A DNA stretch of 63,563 bases, the filler included, from Thraustochytrium aureum (lineage: Eukaryota), in the NCBI GenBank assembly GCA_012862495.1. It is 6 parts of 2 records of this genome, joined end to end, with 100 filler letters (N's around TTAATTAATTAA, not from the genome) between each part and the next. Parts side by side here need not be neighbours in the genome. Positions count along the whole stretch, not along the records: positions 1 to 20,005 come from BLSG01000427.1; positions 20,106 to 24,179 come from BLSG01000427.1; positions 24,280 to 38,812 come from BLSG01000427.1; 3 more parts are not named here. One strand, given 5' to 3'. A program made the position numbers and the translations under genes. Under the pieces are notes generated by a model. It was not told the origin of the DNA. It searched no databases and worked only from the letters and a program-made list of their open reading frames with translations. Of this stretch, positions 12,225 to 24,337 are shown in pieces. The first letter of the stretch is position 1. Every line of letters starts with the position of its first letter.

Positions 12225-12929
12225 NNNNNNNNNNNNNNNNNNNNNNNNNNNNNNNNNNNNNNNNNNNNNNNNNNNNNNNNNNNNNNNNNNNNNNNNNNNN
12301 NNNNNNNNNNNNNNNNNNNNNNNNNNNNNNNNNNNNNNNNNNNNNNNNNNNNNNNNNNNNNNNNNNNNNNNNNNNNNNNNNNNNNNNNNNNNNNNNNNNN
12401 NNNNNNNNNNNNNNNNNNNNNNNNNNNNNNNNNNNNNNNNNNNNNNNNNNNNNNNNNNNNNNNNNNNNNNNNNNNNNNNNNNNNNNNNNNNNNNNNNNNN
12501 NNNNNNNNNNNNNNNNNNNNNNNNNNNNNNNNNNNNNNNNNNNNNNNNNNNNNNNNNNNNNNNNNNNNNNNNNNNNNNNNNNNNNNNNNNNNNNNNNNNN
12601 NNNNNNNNNNNNNNNNNNNNNNNNNNNNNNNNNNNNNNNNNNNGGCTTGGAGCTCCACGAATATTGACACCAGATTGTTAACCTCCACGTGATATATTCG
12701 GAGATCTCCAACCTTCTAGCCTGGTTCACTTTCCTTCCTTGGTATGCGACTGTTAAAAAAAGATATACTCTTTGTCCCTTTTTCCTCTGCAAGGAAATTA
12801 ACATGGTCGTGCAGGGCCTGAACCTTGTGATGGTGCGGAGAGCCAGGCGGGAAGTAAGTACTTAGTTGGTGAACGAGAAGGAGGAGGCAAGCAGGGTGAG
12901 GAGAGTCCCTGATTGGGGCGCGGCAGGCG

Positions 12930-14855
12930 ATGCTGGAGCTGCGCGAGCGGCCCGCTGATGCCGCAGGCGTTGCGATGGACAAGGTCGCGCCGCCAGCGAG
13001 CACCACGCGAGGCGGCGGGAGCGCGGCTGCGGCGGAGGACGGGCCGCTACTGCTCCTGCCGATGATCCCCGGACTGACCCCGCCGACACCGCCGACCCCG
13101 CCGCCGCGGCGGCCCTCGCGGCGGACGCGGTCGGCGGACGCGGCGAAAAGGACGGCGCGGAGGAGGCACCGTGCGAGACGAACGAGGACAGGTTTCGGCT
13201 CGTGGATAGGGCGTTTGATGAGATTGGCGCTGGCAAGTACCACGCGATCTTGTTCTTTGCCGCCTCGCTTGGGTTTTTCGTGGAGGCGGCTGAGATGAAC
13301 ATGCTCGGCCTGCTTCTGCCGGAATTCGTACGTGTCTGGAATGCCGACGAGGAAGAGCTTTCGATCATAGGGAGCATGACTGGGCTTGGCATGGTGATCG
13401 GCGCGCTCGTTTTCGGACGCCTCTCGGACGTCATCGGGCGCAAGGTGGTTTACCAAGCCAGCCTGGTCATGTGCATTGTGATGGGCTTTGCCTGCTCGTT
13501 CGCCTGGAGCGTCAAGAGCTTTGCCGTAATGCGGCTGTTCCTCGGCATGGGCTACGGGGGCAACACGGTCTCGTCGGCAACGCTCTTGATTGAGAGCGTC
13601 CCCACCGCTTGGCGCGGGTTTTTCAGTGCGATGACGTCTTACGCGTTCACGCTGGGGCAACTCTGGGTGGTGCTCATGTCGTGGGCCGTCATGGACGAGT
13701 GGGGCTGGGAATGGGTCATCCGTCTTGTCTCTGTCGTCGGCGTCCCTGCTTGCTTTGTTTTGTTCTACCTGCCTGGCTCGGTGCGGTTCCGCATCATGAA
13801 GGCCGACTACGCCGGCGCCGTAAAGATCGTAGAGCTCATTGCGCGGACGAATGGCGTGGCGTGCCCGCCCTACTTTACGCTCCGCAACCTCGCGGGCGGC
13901 GAGTCAGCCGAAGGCCACAACTACGTCATCAAGGCGTCGCCGCCAGCCTTGGGCGCTTGGCTTGGGTGCGCGCGCGCGTTTCGCGCTGACAACGCGCGCA
14001 CTCTCCTGCCGCTGTTGTGGATCTGGTTTCTCAATAGCTTCGGGCTGGGCATTATCCAGTTCCTCCCGCTCGAGCTTGAGAAGCGCTTTCCGAACGTGGA
14101 GAATGCGCAGTACAAGATCGCCTTTGCGATGTCGCTCGGCGGGCTCGCGGGATCGCTGGTCGTCACTTATCTGGCCTCGCGCGTCAACCGCAAGTCCGAG
14201 CTTCGCGCGGCCTCTTGATGATGACCTTTGCCATCCTTTTCGTCAGCCAGCATGACGGGGTGTTTGGTTTGTGTTTGTGGCGCTCATCGTCAACCACATA
14301 GGCATGGGCATCCTCTTTCACGGCTTGTACACGTACACGCCCGAGGTGTTCCCCACGCCCGTGCGCGTCACGAGTTTCAGCATATGCCAGCTCGCGCACC
14401 GCACAGCCCCGGTGGTCTCCCCGTACGCGTTCACGTCGCTTGTGGCAACCAAGTCGTTTGCGGTTGGCGGCCTGGTCTACTCTGGCGTTTTCTTCAGTGC
14501 TGCGCTCGTGACCCTGTTGCTTACAAAGGAGACCTTTGGCAAGGCCATGGTGGAGGAGTCTGACGGCCCGGGCAGCGCGAATGGGGCTGCAACTGCTCCT
14601 GGGGAGGCTGCAGCATCCAAGGGCGGCTACACGATCGTGGACCTTGCCTTGGCAGGCAGGAGCGACCTTGAAACGTCTCGGCTGCGGAAACCTGGCGGCC
14701 CGGTTGTTTCGTCGTACGACTCGGCGGCACCGCGATCTGATGGCTCTGTCGCCGCGGAGAGTGACGTCGACCCTGACGCCGATCCCGATCCCGACCTGGA
14801 CGTTGGCCTCTCGGCTATCCCAGAGACCGCAGGTGCCAAGCGGCGGCTCCTTTGA
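12930..14855 (+). CDS. Major facilitator superfamily transporter, SV2/SVOP-like; apparent frameshifts near the 5' end and at ~14215-14270
   Basis: DRAFDEIGAGKYH start, MFS motif A GRLSDVIGRK, RLFLGMGYGG, LIESVPTAWRG, YTYTPEVFPTPVR and many hydrophobic helices across ORFs 13202..14218 and 14271..14855. Confidence 0.88.
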
Positions 14856-15486
14856 CTTGGAGAATTCTGTAAACAACCTGGCAACGCTGACTGACAAGTG
14901 GCTTGCATGTGTGCGCAGCGTCCCAAGCAGTTCTTTCGAATGGCTCGGGGCCTCGCGCAAGCAAAAACGACAAACGGAACAGCAAATTATTGCGGCACAG
15001 CGTCGGAAGGTACGGCCGCGTCTTTTGCTCGTTGCGAGTGCACAAACCCACCCCTTTTGATTGATTGACAAATTTGGCCGTTGAGGTCGGTCAAATACGT
15101 TCTCTCAGCACAACTCACGCCCCGTTGACGTCCGAGTACTCTCTCCTTACCGACTGCTCTGCGAACGGCCCTCACGCGCAGAGGGAAACGGCGGCCGCGG
15201 CCGTGGCCTATCGGCCAAAGAGTGCCCGCTCAATGCTTCGAGCTCTTAGCTTGCTAGCTCGAGCCAAGCGCTGGATTGGCCTCTGGTTTCGCGACCGAGA
15301 TTTGGCGCCAGAACGCCGCGCTCATTGCCTCGTACCAGTGCGGTTGGATGGTGCGGCGTCTCTCGGGCTGTCGCGGTTTTTGATTGACGCCGATGGGGGT
15401 GTTTTTTTTGCCGTGCCTGGAAAGGAACGAAATGTCGGTTGCCTCGCCGCAGGACCACAGCCGGCCCGCGTGGGCATCCTGCTCGG

Positions 15487-15517
<31 letters not shown>
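15487..15517. repeat. (TTGA)n microsatellite, about 7.75 copies
   Basis: Read directly: ttgattgattga... Confidence 0.95.
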
Positions 15518-17726
15518 CCTCGCTCCCAGGAGGGCCCTAGATCGCACGAGAGAGCTGGGCGTTACATGCTGATCTGCTGCTCAACCGCCTCGCCTCGGTT
15601 TGGTGATCGACGCCGGGCAGCGCGCCAGCGCCACCGCTTCAGATCTCGTTGTGCCAAATTCTTGAGAAGAGGCATGGCGCACATTGCACCGTTTCGAGCG
15701 AACTAAACATCGTAGTTCTTGCATGACTTGGCAAGTCGCGTTGCGCTTGCAACCGTAAACCCAGCCAGACCCTAATAGCGCCAGGCCAGGCACCACTCCA
15801 ACCAGGCGGCACGCCAAGCTCGCCCGACGACGGGAGCCCTGGAGCGGGTCTATTGCGAGCTGGACCAGGCAGCTCAGCAGGACACGCTTCGCGCCATCGC
15901 TGTCGCCAGAGCCGCATTTCCCAGAGACCGCACAGCAAAAGCAGGCCACAAAGCAGGATGTCTGGGCGCACTGTGCTGGCTCCGGGAAGCCGCCGTGGGC
16001 CGCGGGGCGGCCAGACGAGCGCGTTTTCGGACAACATCGGTCGCATTATCGCACAGCTGCAGGGCACGAGCTTACACAAGTCCACTAGGCCACGGCCAAT
16101 CGGCCTCGCTATCTCCGTCGTGGACTGGGTCGACTCGCGCGACGGCGAGAGGCCAGGCGTGGCGCGCCAGAGCATCCTCAAGCACGAGCAGCGATTCTTC
16201 AAAAGCCTCGCTCGCAAGTCTTCAACGCCGCGGGCTCGCACCTGCCTGAAGGGCTGCACACTGCAGCTCAAAACTCCGCACGCGTCCATCATCAACCCCC
16301 TGTTCGCCGTCGGTGCGATCTGGCGGCTCGGCTCGCTCCTCTCCTTCGAGGGACTTTGCTGAGGAGCAGATTCAGACCGACTGCGAGAAGTCGCTCGTCG
16401 GAGCTGATGAGACAGACGAGGAGTTGCTGCTTGACTGAACGAACCTGTTCGGCTCGGCAGGCCCAAGTGCTTTTGGTACTTGAGCAAGAGTTTGTTTAGC
16501 AAATTCGCCCCGGCACGCTTTCGAGAGGGTTTGCGCTCCGTGTCTATTCGTCTGCAATGCCCTGGGTTGGCCTCGCTTTGAAAGCAAGGTGGCTCTGGGC
16601 ACATCTTTGCATCTGTGGGTGGCCCTTATTCGCCACAAGATCGTAAACATAAAGCAAACTACCTCTCACGCCATGCACTGTTTCCGCCAAGCTGGAAAAC
16701 CGGCAACACGGTGTGGTCGACTCGGGCCGTTTTTGTGCGGTCCAAGCCGTGCAAAGGGCGCAGTGCCGCATCCTGCTGCGCAAACCGCGCGAGTTCCTTC
16801 ATTTGCCGTGAAACAAACCTCGCAAGACACTGAACAGGTCGCGTGAAGACATCGTTCATGACGCTTACGCGCGGCGGGCCACCGAAAGGCTCTGGCGCCA
16901 CGTTGGCTGGCAAACTCCCAGGGCCAGGTCGACCTGTGCCAAAACGATGTTCTCCGAGTTGGATCTGGTGCGCCAGAGTAAGACTTTGCGAATTCAGGTC
17001 GCAGTGGCAACGCCGCGAGTGGAGGAACGCGAGCCCAGCCGCAACTCTGGCAAGCACGCTGCAGACTCTCGAGCAAAAGAGCCGCGAAAGTGCAGCCTAC
17101 TTTTTCTCGGCGCCGAGTTTGGCGAGAGTTAGCTTGGGACCGGCCACGAGCGCAGCGATTCCGCTGCCCGCCCTGGTCGTACCGGTATGTGTCGCCGCGC
17201 CTGGGTCACTGAGCAGCGGGCGTGGCTGCGCGAACTGGAAACGCAAGGGTCAGGGCGGTGGCACACTTTTTTTANNNNNNNNNNNNNNNNNNNNNNNNNN
17301 NNNNNNNNNNNNNNNNNNNNNNNNNNNNNNNNNNNNNNNNNNNNNNNNNNNNNNNNNNNNNNNNNNNNNNNNNNNNNNNNNNNNNNNNNNNNNNNNNNNN
17401 NNNNNNNNNNNNNNNNNNNNNNNNNNNNNNNNNNNNNNNNNNNNNAAAATCATCACAACCAACCCAACAACGACGAGGACGACGAGGACGACGACGACGC
17501 CGCACAGCACAGCACAGAACACAAGATGACACGCCGAGCTCAATCAACGCCACTGTTGCGGGTGGCACCGCCGCAGCGCTGCAGCTACCCATGGCTGCAA
17601 TGTCGCTTGCGGAAAACGCGCCAGCGCCTTTGAAAATCCTTGCGCGAGAGCCCTCAGCGCGTCGCGTGCTTCACAACCTTGATTGTTCCCGGCCTGGATT
17701 GCAGGCCCGTCGGCCGATGAACTGCT

Positions 17727-20005
17727 TTACTCACTGTCGATGACAGTGAGCTCTTCAAAACTAACCTCGTCCGAGGGGTAGTCTCGGCAAAGCGTTGCCG
17801 CTGCTCGGCTGTCGGGCATGCAGCTACCTGAAGAGCTCTCGGCGCGCCAACGCAACAGCTCGCTGACCGCGGTTTTCGCTGTTTGGTCTGTGGCGCAGCT
17901 CGCAATGCTGCTGGTTGACGCAAAGGACAGCGAGTCGTGGCAGCAGTCCGTCTTGGGGTGGCTCGAGCCGGCATCATCACAAGCGAGCGCAGCGCGCACC
18001 CTCTCGTTAAACGACCAATCCAAGTCCCGTGCGGCTTTGGCCGAGTCCAAGGTCTGGCGCGGCCGAGGCGCTCCAGTTTTGGTCGCGATGGCTGCGATGC
18101 AGTCCTCTGCACGGCAAACGAGCCGCAGAACTTGGTGGTCCAGCTCGCGCTCCATGAGCAGCCGGGCAACGGAAACTGGCATCGGGGTTGCAGCCAGGGC
18201 TTCGGAATTGGTCGGCAGCGAGTCCAAGTCCTCGAGGCTGCTCAAAGCCTCGCCCAGCTCGGTCAAGACAGTGTCAAGCTCCGCGACGCTGCCAATGTGC
18301 TCGTTTTGCACCCCTGGGCCCAGGACTCGCAAAGCCTCCGCCGTGGCGCTCGAGACAGCTTGGAGCACGACGACGGCGTCGCTCTTGCCTAGGACGCGTT
18401 GCGCCAAAATGTCGAGCTGCTCCACTGTGATCCGCGCCAAGAACACGGCGTCGATGAGATCGCTGCGCGCGGGCGACCCGCGCGAGACTTCGCCCTCCTC
18501 CATCTGCGGCGGCACTTGGATTTGTGGAGCTTGTGCGCGTGGAGCTTGCACGCAGACCACTTCCACCGCAAGGCAAGTCTGCGGGGCCGCGTCGGCCGCA
18601 GGAGGCCCGGGTTCTCGAAGTTGACGAAATGCTGGGGTCGCTGGGGATTCCTTTGGCTCGTGCTGCTTGGGCGCTCCGTTTCGCTGCTTCGACTGCGCCT
18701 CCAAGTCGACCTTGGCGACGTCGTCGTCGCCGGCGCCGCTTTGCGCCGCTGCACGGCGAAAGTGGCCATTTGCCAGCCAGAGGAGCGCGGCGAGTGCGGC
18801 CAGCCCGGCAAGCACGGCCAGTGCGAGGCCAACGACTGCCCCTGCAGCGAATTCGTTTACCTGTGCTGGGGGGCTCGAAGAAGGCGCTGCGGAGGGCGCC
18901 GCTGACGCTGACGGCGCCGCTGTGGCCGCAGTCGCTTCAAGTTGCACGAGGGCAACGCCTCCCTCGCCCAGGTCCTTGCCGGGCTCGCCGAAAACGGCAA
19001 CTTGTTCAGAGAGGAGCGCGACGAGCTGCGAGCGCCCAAGCAGCGAGTCTGGCGTCGGCTGAGGCGTCGAGCCGAGCGGGCGCGGATCTGCCCAGCCGGC
19101 GTTCCTCAACAAGCGGAAAGCCCTGCTCTGCTGTGCGGCCTGACCGCCTTGCGAAGGCGCGAGCTCGGGGCCCGCGGTTCTTACCAGCACGGTGTTCCGG
19201 CTCGCTGCCAGCCACACCTTGTCAACGGCAGCGCCATCTCTGTGAAAGGTCGAGGCCTCTCGCCGGAAGGCGTCTGGCAGTGGGAGCTCCGATGTGCTGT
19301 TGCGGCGGAAAATGTGCGTTCTTGTGTTCGAGGCGACCGCGATGACATCGCCGGCGGTGGCGAGCGCGCGGCCGAACGCGCTCTCGCCTTGGTCGCGCTG
19401 CAGGAACGTTGCAACCTGGAACCAGTCCAGAGCGACCATTACAGGGCATGTGCTGCTTCGCTGCACCGTATGCGAACCTCCGAGCGCTCAAACACAAACA
19501 CCTGCTCGGAGCGGCCCTTCGGGGCTGCGCTGACCACGAGCGCCTCGCTGGAGCAGGCCAAGGCGTCCCCAAAGCCGTCGAGGCCTTCGGCGGAGCCGAA
19601 GGGAGTGACTAGCGCGCCGGCGTGGTACGTGCCGTTCTCGTCTTTGTCGAAGACGGCCACCGCCTGCGGGTCTGTCGCGATGGCTTGCAGCGCGATCTTG
19701 ACGTCGCTCTGGGAGCCTGTGGAGACAACCATGGAAGAGCTGCTTCCGCAGAACGCGACGCGGTTCCCGAACCTCGGCAGGCCGGCCGTCGAGGGCGGGG
19801 CGTCGATGACCTGACTGAGGCCCCAGTTGTTGGGCCCCCTGTGTTCCTTTGTAAGATCACGACGCTCCCCACGTCGGGAATCCCAACTGCGATCGTGTCG
19901 TTCGCCAGGTCTATGGAGAGGTCTTCGAGCGCGCTCACGCCATGCTCTTGTATGGCTCGCTTGCCGATCTGCGTCTTGCTCAGCTCGATGCGCACGGCGC
20001 GCTGC
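17727..20005 (-). CDS. Single-pass membrane protein with FG-GAP/integrin-alpha-like beta-propeller repeats; 5' partial; probable intron 19416-19477
   Basis: Repeats RFGNRVAF, DGFGDALAC..LVVSAAP..VFVFER, SAFGRALAT..VIAVAS and VAVFGEPG..GGVALV. An Ala/Pro/Ser stalk precedes the TM segment GAVVGLALAVLAGLAALAALLWLA. A phase-0 GT..CAG intron joins ORFs 19439..19732 and 17727..19466. Confidence 0.6.
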
Positions 20006-20105
20006 NNNNNNNNNNNNNNNNNNNNNNNNNNNNNNNNNNNNNNNNNNNNTTAATTAATTAANNNNNNNNNNNNNNNNNNNNNNNNNNNNNNNNNNNNNNN
20101 NNNNN
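20006..20105. other. Artificial scaffold spacer (44N-TTAATTAATTAA-44N)
   Basis: Palindromic 12-mer with stops in all six frames at 20050-20061, inside an exactly 100-nt block. Confidence 0.97.
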
Positions 20106-20193
20106 CTTTAACACGTCGGTGATCAGGCGGTGCTGGGACTCTCCCAAAACGAGCGGCTGCAGCACCTCGGTTTCGGCCGCCTGACCGCAACAG

Positions 20194-21454
20194 CGAGCTC
20201 CTAGCGCGCCCACGGCGTTCCAGCTGCGCGACGTGTTTGTGTGGGAGCCGTTTAAGTTTTTCGACCGGACCATCCTCCCCTCCATCAACTGCCCGCACTG
20301 CGCCAGCAAAGTGCTCCCAGAGGACTCGCTGCGCACCGCGGACACTTGGCGTTGGCGCGGCGTGCTGGACACAAACGACTACTTTTTCCTCGTTCAGAAA
20401 CGGTACCGTTGCTCGGCGTGCCGCAAGACGTTCTCGAGCACGAACGAGAAAATGCTGTCGCAGGTCGACCCGCAGGTCCGCTCCGCGTTCGGGATTCTGT
20501 TGCGCAAAAAGTCTGCGATCACGATCAGGTTCTGGTGGGAGATCGCCAAGCTCTGGGAGAAGCTGGGCCCCGAGGACACCATTTGCTTGCTGAACGAGCG
20601 GTACCGCGACACGTTTGTCGAAAAGGAGCTCATGTACCTGGCCAACTGCACAAACACGAGCCGAGCGAAACACGAGAGCGAGCTAGAGAAGCGCGAGCTC
20701 CTCCTCAAGAACGGCGGCGTCCTTCTGCACGAAGACGATGAAGCGCGGTTCCAAGAGGCCAAGGCAGCCGTCGACGGGAGCTTGGTTGGCCTCGCCGACG
20801 TCAAAGGCCTCGGGTCGAGCAAGATCGAGTACCTCTCTTTCGGCATGGGAGCCCACCCTGCGCTCACCAGCGAGGAGAACGCGGGCAAGTTTAACATTCT
20901 GAGCCCGGGCCGCTGCTATGGCAACATCTACGAGCTCGCCTGCTTTCCAGTCGAGCAGGCCTCCCTTGAGGACCTGCGCGTCCTCTCCGACACGTGGGAC
21001 GAGCGCAAGCTCAAGCGCGTCCGTGTAAAAGTCCAACAAGTGGATCACCGACGCGCGCACCACGCTGGTGTCGCGCCTCAAGTTCCACGACAGCATAGAG
21101 GAGCTGCAGCGCTCGATCACCGAGTACCAAGACATCGAAAAGCGCAACGAGGAGGCGATGCGCAAGGTGCAGATCGCAGAGCGCCTCGGAGACCGCCCGG
21201 CGAAAAAATCGCGCGTCTTGGCCAACTTCTCCACCTACGACGACGAGGATGGGTTTAACGGGTTTGTGTTTTACCGGCGATTTCTTGACGACCTCGTCCG
21301 CGAGATGCGCGACAACCGGGAGAAGCATAAATTCAATCTGCGCGAGCTCTTGCTGGGGCGAACCCAGGTTCCGGCCCAGATCGCCGCCTTGGTCGAGCCT
21401 CAGCCGTTTGACGTGGCCAATTCCGGCTCCTCGTCAAGTTCGGCAAAGGCGTGA
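20194..21454 (+). CDS. DUF6729-like CxxC..CxxC Zn-ribbon protein resembling the N-terminal part of Dada-type transposases; 5' partial; apparent frameshift ~21028
   Basis: VFVWEPF..INCPHC..WRGVLDTNDYFFLVQKRYRCSACRKTFSSTNEKMLSQVDPQVRSAFGILLRKKSA..ELMYL. A CTGAC..CAG acceptor ending at 20193 is in frame. An extra A in TAAAA joins this to ORF 21068..21454. Confidence 0.6.
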
Positions 21455-21731
21455 AGCGTGCGCGGCGACTGACTCCGGATTCGAGCATCGTCCTGGTCTG
21501 GGCTGCCTGGGCCGACTTGGCGCGAGTTCTGGTGCAAAGACGCCAAGCCCACTGAATAGCAATTTTTGTTTACTCTACTTTACTGTGCGCTTCGGACCGT
21601 GCCAAGGCGGCGCCGGTTTGTTGGCGACTCCGTTCGCGCACGAGGCGCACACTGGCCGCAAGCGAGCTTCTGCCCGAGATAGCCGCCAGCCGGCCCGAGA
21701 AAGCACCCACCCGCCTCTGGCCGCCAGCCCA

Positions 21732-22700
21732 TCAGTAGAACCAGCGAGCGGCTTCCACTTCGAGCGAGACGAACGTGTCGTACTCGGCGGGGCAGATCTT
21801 GTCCCAGTCCTCGTCAGCTGCGAGGGACCCCTGGCGTGAGGCATAGCCGACGTCGCAGAGTGATGCGATTCGGACCCCTCCAAAGCATTTCGAGGCGCCC
21901 ACGCGGCCTTGAAACGGCTCGCGCACCGGCTTGTTTCCGGCAGTGTCCCACTCCTTGGTACGCATGACCCAGACGTGGGCCAGGTTGCCGTCCGCGTCCA
22001 CCTTGACGTGCAGGGTGCGCAGCTCCTCGTCCGCCACGAAATTGGCGCTTTGGCGGTCCTTGTCATCGTCGCCGCTCGCGAGCGCCGGCGGCAGCGCTGG
22101 CAAGATGCACTTGGCCACAATTCCGGGCGCCCCGTTGTCCCCCCGAATAAACTCCTGGGACATGGGGTCTTCCTCGGCCCAGCGCGCCCCGTTCCTCGGC
22201 AGCGCAACGCAGGGGCACCAAACAAAACTCTCGATCAACAGACGGCCGAGCGACGATTCGGCGGTCGCTGCGTCGCCGCCTTGGTGCACAACCCGTGCCA
22301 CGCCGCCCAAAAGCCCGAAGGCGACCTCGCCGTAGCCCTCGAACAGCATGTCGCCGCCAGAGAGGTTGACAAGGGGCATCATGCGCATTGTTGCGTTCCA
22401 GACGAAACCGACCCCGCACCTGATCCGCTCGGACGCCGTGCAAGGCATCCAGCTGGGCTCGTCGCCGGCCCCTGGGCGCTTGAAGCGCCCTTTCATTTCC
22501 ACATCAACCCCGTTCGCCGAAAGCGCTTCGCGGGGCGCCTCTCGCAGGGCGTTGAGCAAGAACAGCTTGCCCGCTCTCGGTAGGCCTTCAAGGCTGGCCT
22601 CGTCGAGGGCGTCTGGGGAGCCGCTCGGCTCTGCGGCGGCCTTTGGGGCGAGGGCTTCCCACGCGTGCTGCCGCCGCAGCGCGCTCGTCACGCCGCCCAT
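21732..22700 (-). CDS. DUF6544/DUF6920-like protein (family mostly known from bacteria)
   Basis: Intact 322-aa ORF with MKGRFK..WMPCTASE..GFVWNATM..LSGGD..GEVAFGLLG..SSLGRLLIES.VWCP.VALP..GARW..VDADGNL..PFQGRVG..FGGVRI. Confidence 0.65.
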   Translation of the reverse strand: MGGVTSALRRQHAWEALAPKAAAEPSGSPDALDEASLEGLPRAGKLFLLNALREAPREALSANGVDVEMKGRFKRPGAGDEPSWMPCTASERIRCGVGFVWNATMRMMPLVNLSGGDMLFEGYGEVAFGLLGGVARVVHQGGDAATAESSLGRLLIESFVWCPCVALPRNGARWAEEDPMSQEFIRGDNGAPGIVAKCILPALPPALASGDDDKDRQSANFVADEELRTLHVKVDADGNLAHVWVMRTKEWDTAGNKPVREPFQGRVGASKCFGGVRIASLCDVGYASRQGSLAADEDWDKICPAEYDTFVSLEVEAARWFY

Positions 22701-24093
22701 GCCGGCCTGCCGAGTGTCCTCGAGCGACTTGATCGGCGTCTGCTGGCGTCGGCCATCGTTGACTTCAACTAGGCCCGGCGCACGTGAATTCTGAATGCGG
22801 GTGCGGAGCGGAGGAGGCCGTCACGCTGGCGAACTCGGCAGTCAATAGTTGTCGAGCGCACCTGCAGGCCTTTGGCGGGGGCGCTCGATGCCGTGACTCG
22901 GCCGCGCGCCTCCTTGTTCCTCTCCTTCAGAGGAGCTTGCTCGAGTCGTGCGTGGAGTACCGGTAGAGTTTACGAATCATGCATCGTCGGGCATCGTCTG
23001 CGCACCGATAGAGCACTCGGCGAGGCGGATCCTGCTCGGTCAGGGCATCTCGGGGAGGTCTCAGGTCTGCGCGTGGCTGAGCAATCGCTTTGTTCGGCTG
23101 TGTGACCGACCTGGCAGCGCGGAGCGTCGAGTTCTTGCAACTGCCAGCTTCCCGGCGGGCCGAGCAAGCATGATCGATTCGCGCGCGTCCGTTTCGGGAG
23201 CCTTGGTGGACCCTCCTTGATTCCTCTGGTCGATCTTGGATTCAGCTCCGCGTCAGGACCCAGCGGACGAGCGATCTTTTGCGAGCGGCAAGCCAAGGCA
23301 GTGCGGGCGGGAAATTCAGTTTGCAAAGCTTGGGCGGCCCCTGTTCCACCAAGGAGACGGCTCGGCGCAAACCGTTTGCAATTGGCAGCGGCAGGCTGGT
23401 TTGCCAGTGATCTGAATTCTCCTCTGCTCGGTGGTTGTGCACGCGAGAACTGGCTTGGTTTTCGTGCGCGGAAAAAACGCGGCGAATTGCGTCCGTCCTG
23501 CCTCCTCGAGAGCGCAGCAACCAGGGCCTCGGCAAGTAGGTGCTCTCCGCAAGGGCATGTGCCTGCATCCATTTCGCCGTCCTGCAGTCACGTCGCCGGG
23601 CCCTGGACAAGTCCACGACGCCCACGACTCGCTGAAAACTCAACTTGTTGTGGCATCCATTTCCCAGAGGGATGGCCGTGTCCACTCCGAGCGGATGACG
23701 GAATCCACTCCGCCCCGCAGGTCAAGGAGGCCGTCCATGCTCGGCGGAATCGACCAAAGCGAGTAGCTACCTAGAGCCAGCTTGTCCAGTGCGGCGGGCG
23801 TTTGGACCCAATGAGTCGCTGCAACGCATCGCGCTCTCCTCGAGCACCAGGAACTTTTCTTGTTCCTTAGTCCATGCGTCCATTCCTTCCAGATCCTGTC
23901 AGAGTGGATTCCGAAAATTGTTCGAGTCGCCTCACATCAGCACATTTCAATTTTCGTAACGGGACTGGACATGGAGGGCCAAGTGGACTCGGACTTGGCA
24001 GCATTCATTCAGCCAGCTTACCCGCGGCTCGTTGATGCAAGGTCAGCGGAGATCTTGGACAGCTGAACGCTGCCGGTCAGCAAAACCCAAAGG

Positions 24094-24094
<1 letters not shown>

Positions 24095-24127
<33 letters not shown>
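24095..24127. repeat. (AGC)11 trinucleotide repeat
   Basis: Read directly. Confidence 0.95.
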
Positions 24128-24128
<1 letters not shown>

Positions 24129-24179
24129 CAACGTTCGAACGTACCCGGCCAAGCAAACGTGAATACTCGCGCACGCAAC

Positions 24180-24279
24180 NNNNNNNNNNNNNNNNNNNNN
24201 NNNNNNNNNNNNNNNNNNNNNNNTTAATTAATTAANNNNNNNNNNNNNNNNNNNNNNNNNNNNNNNNNNNNNNNNNNNN
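24180..24279. other. Artificial scaffold spacer
   Basis: TTAATTAATTAA at 24224-24235 flanked by 44 N on each side. Confidence 0.97.
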
Positions 24280-24337
24280 CTGACCTTCCGCAGGGGCGGC
24301 GTCCTGGCCGCGGCGGCGGCGGTTGGCGGAGGCAGGC

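Noticed and set aside
15560..17274. ORFs 15853..16362 (+) and 15639..16604 (-)
   Set aside because: There are protein-like patches, but I cannot support a family match or determine the strand.
22790..24090. Short ORFs after the DUF6544-like gene
   Set aside because: No recognisable homology, and the frames are fragmented.
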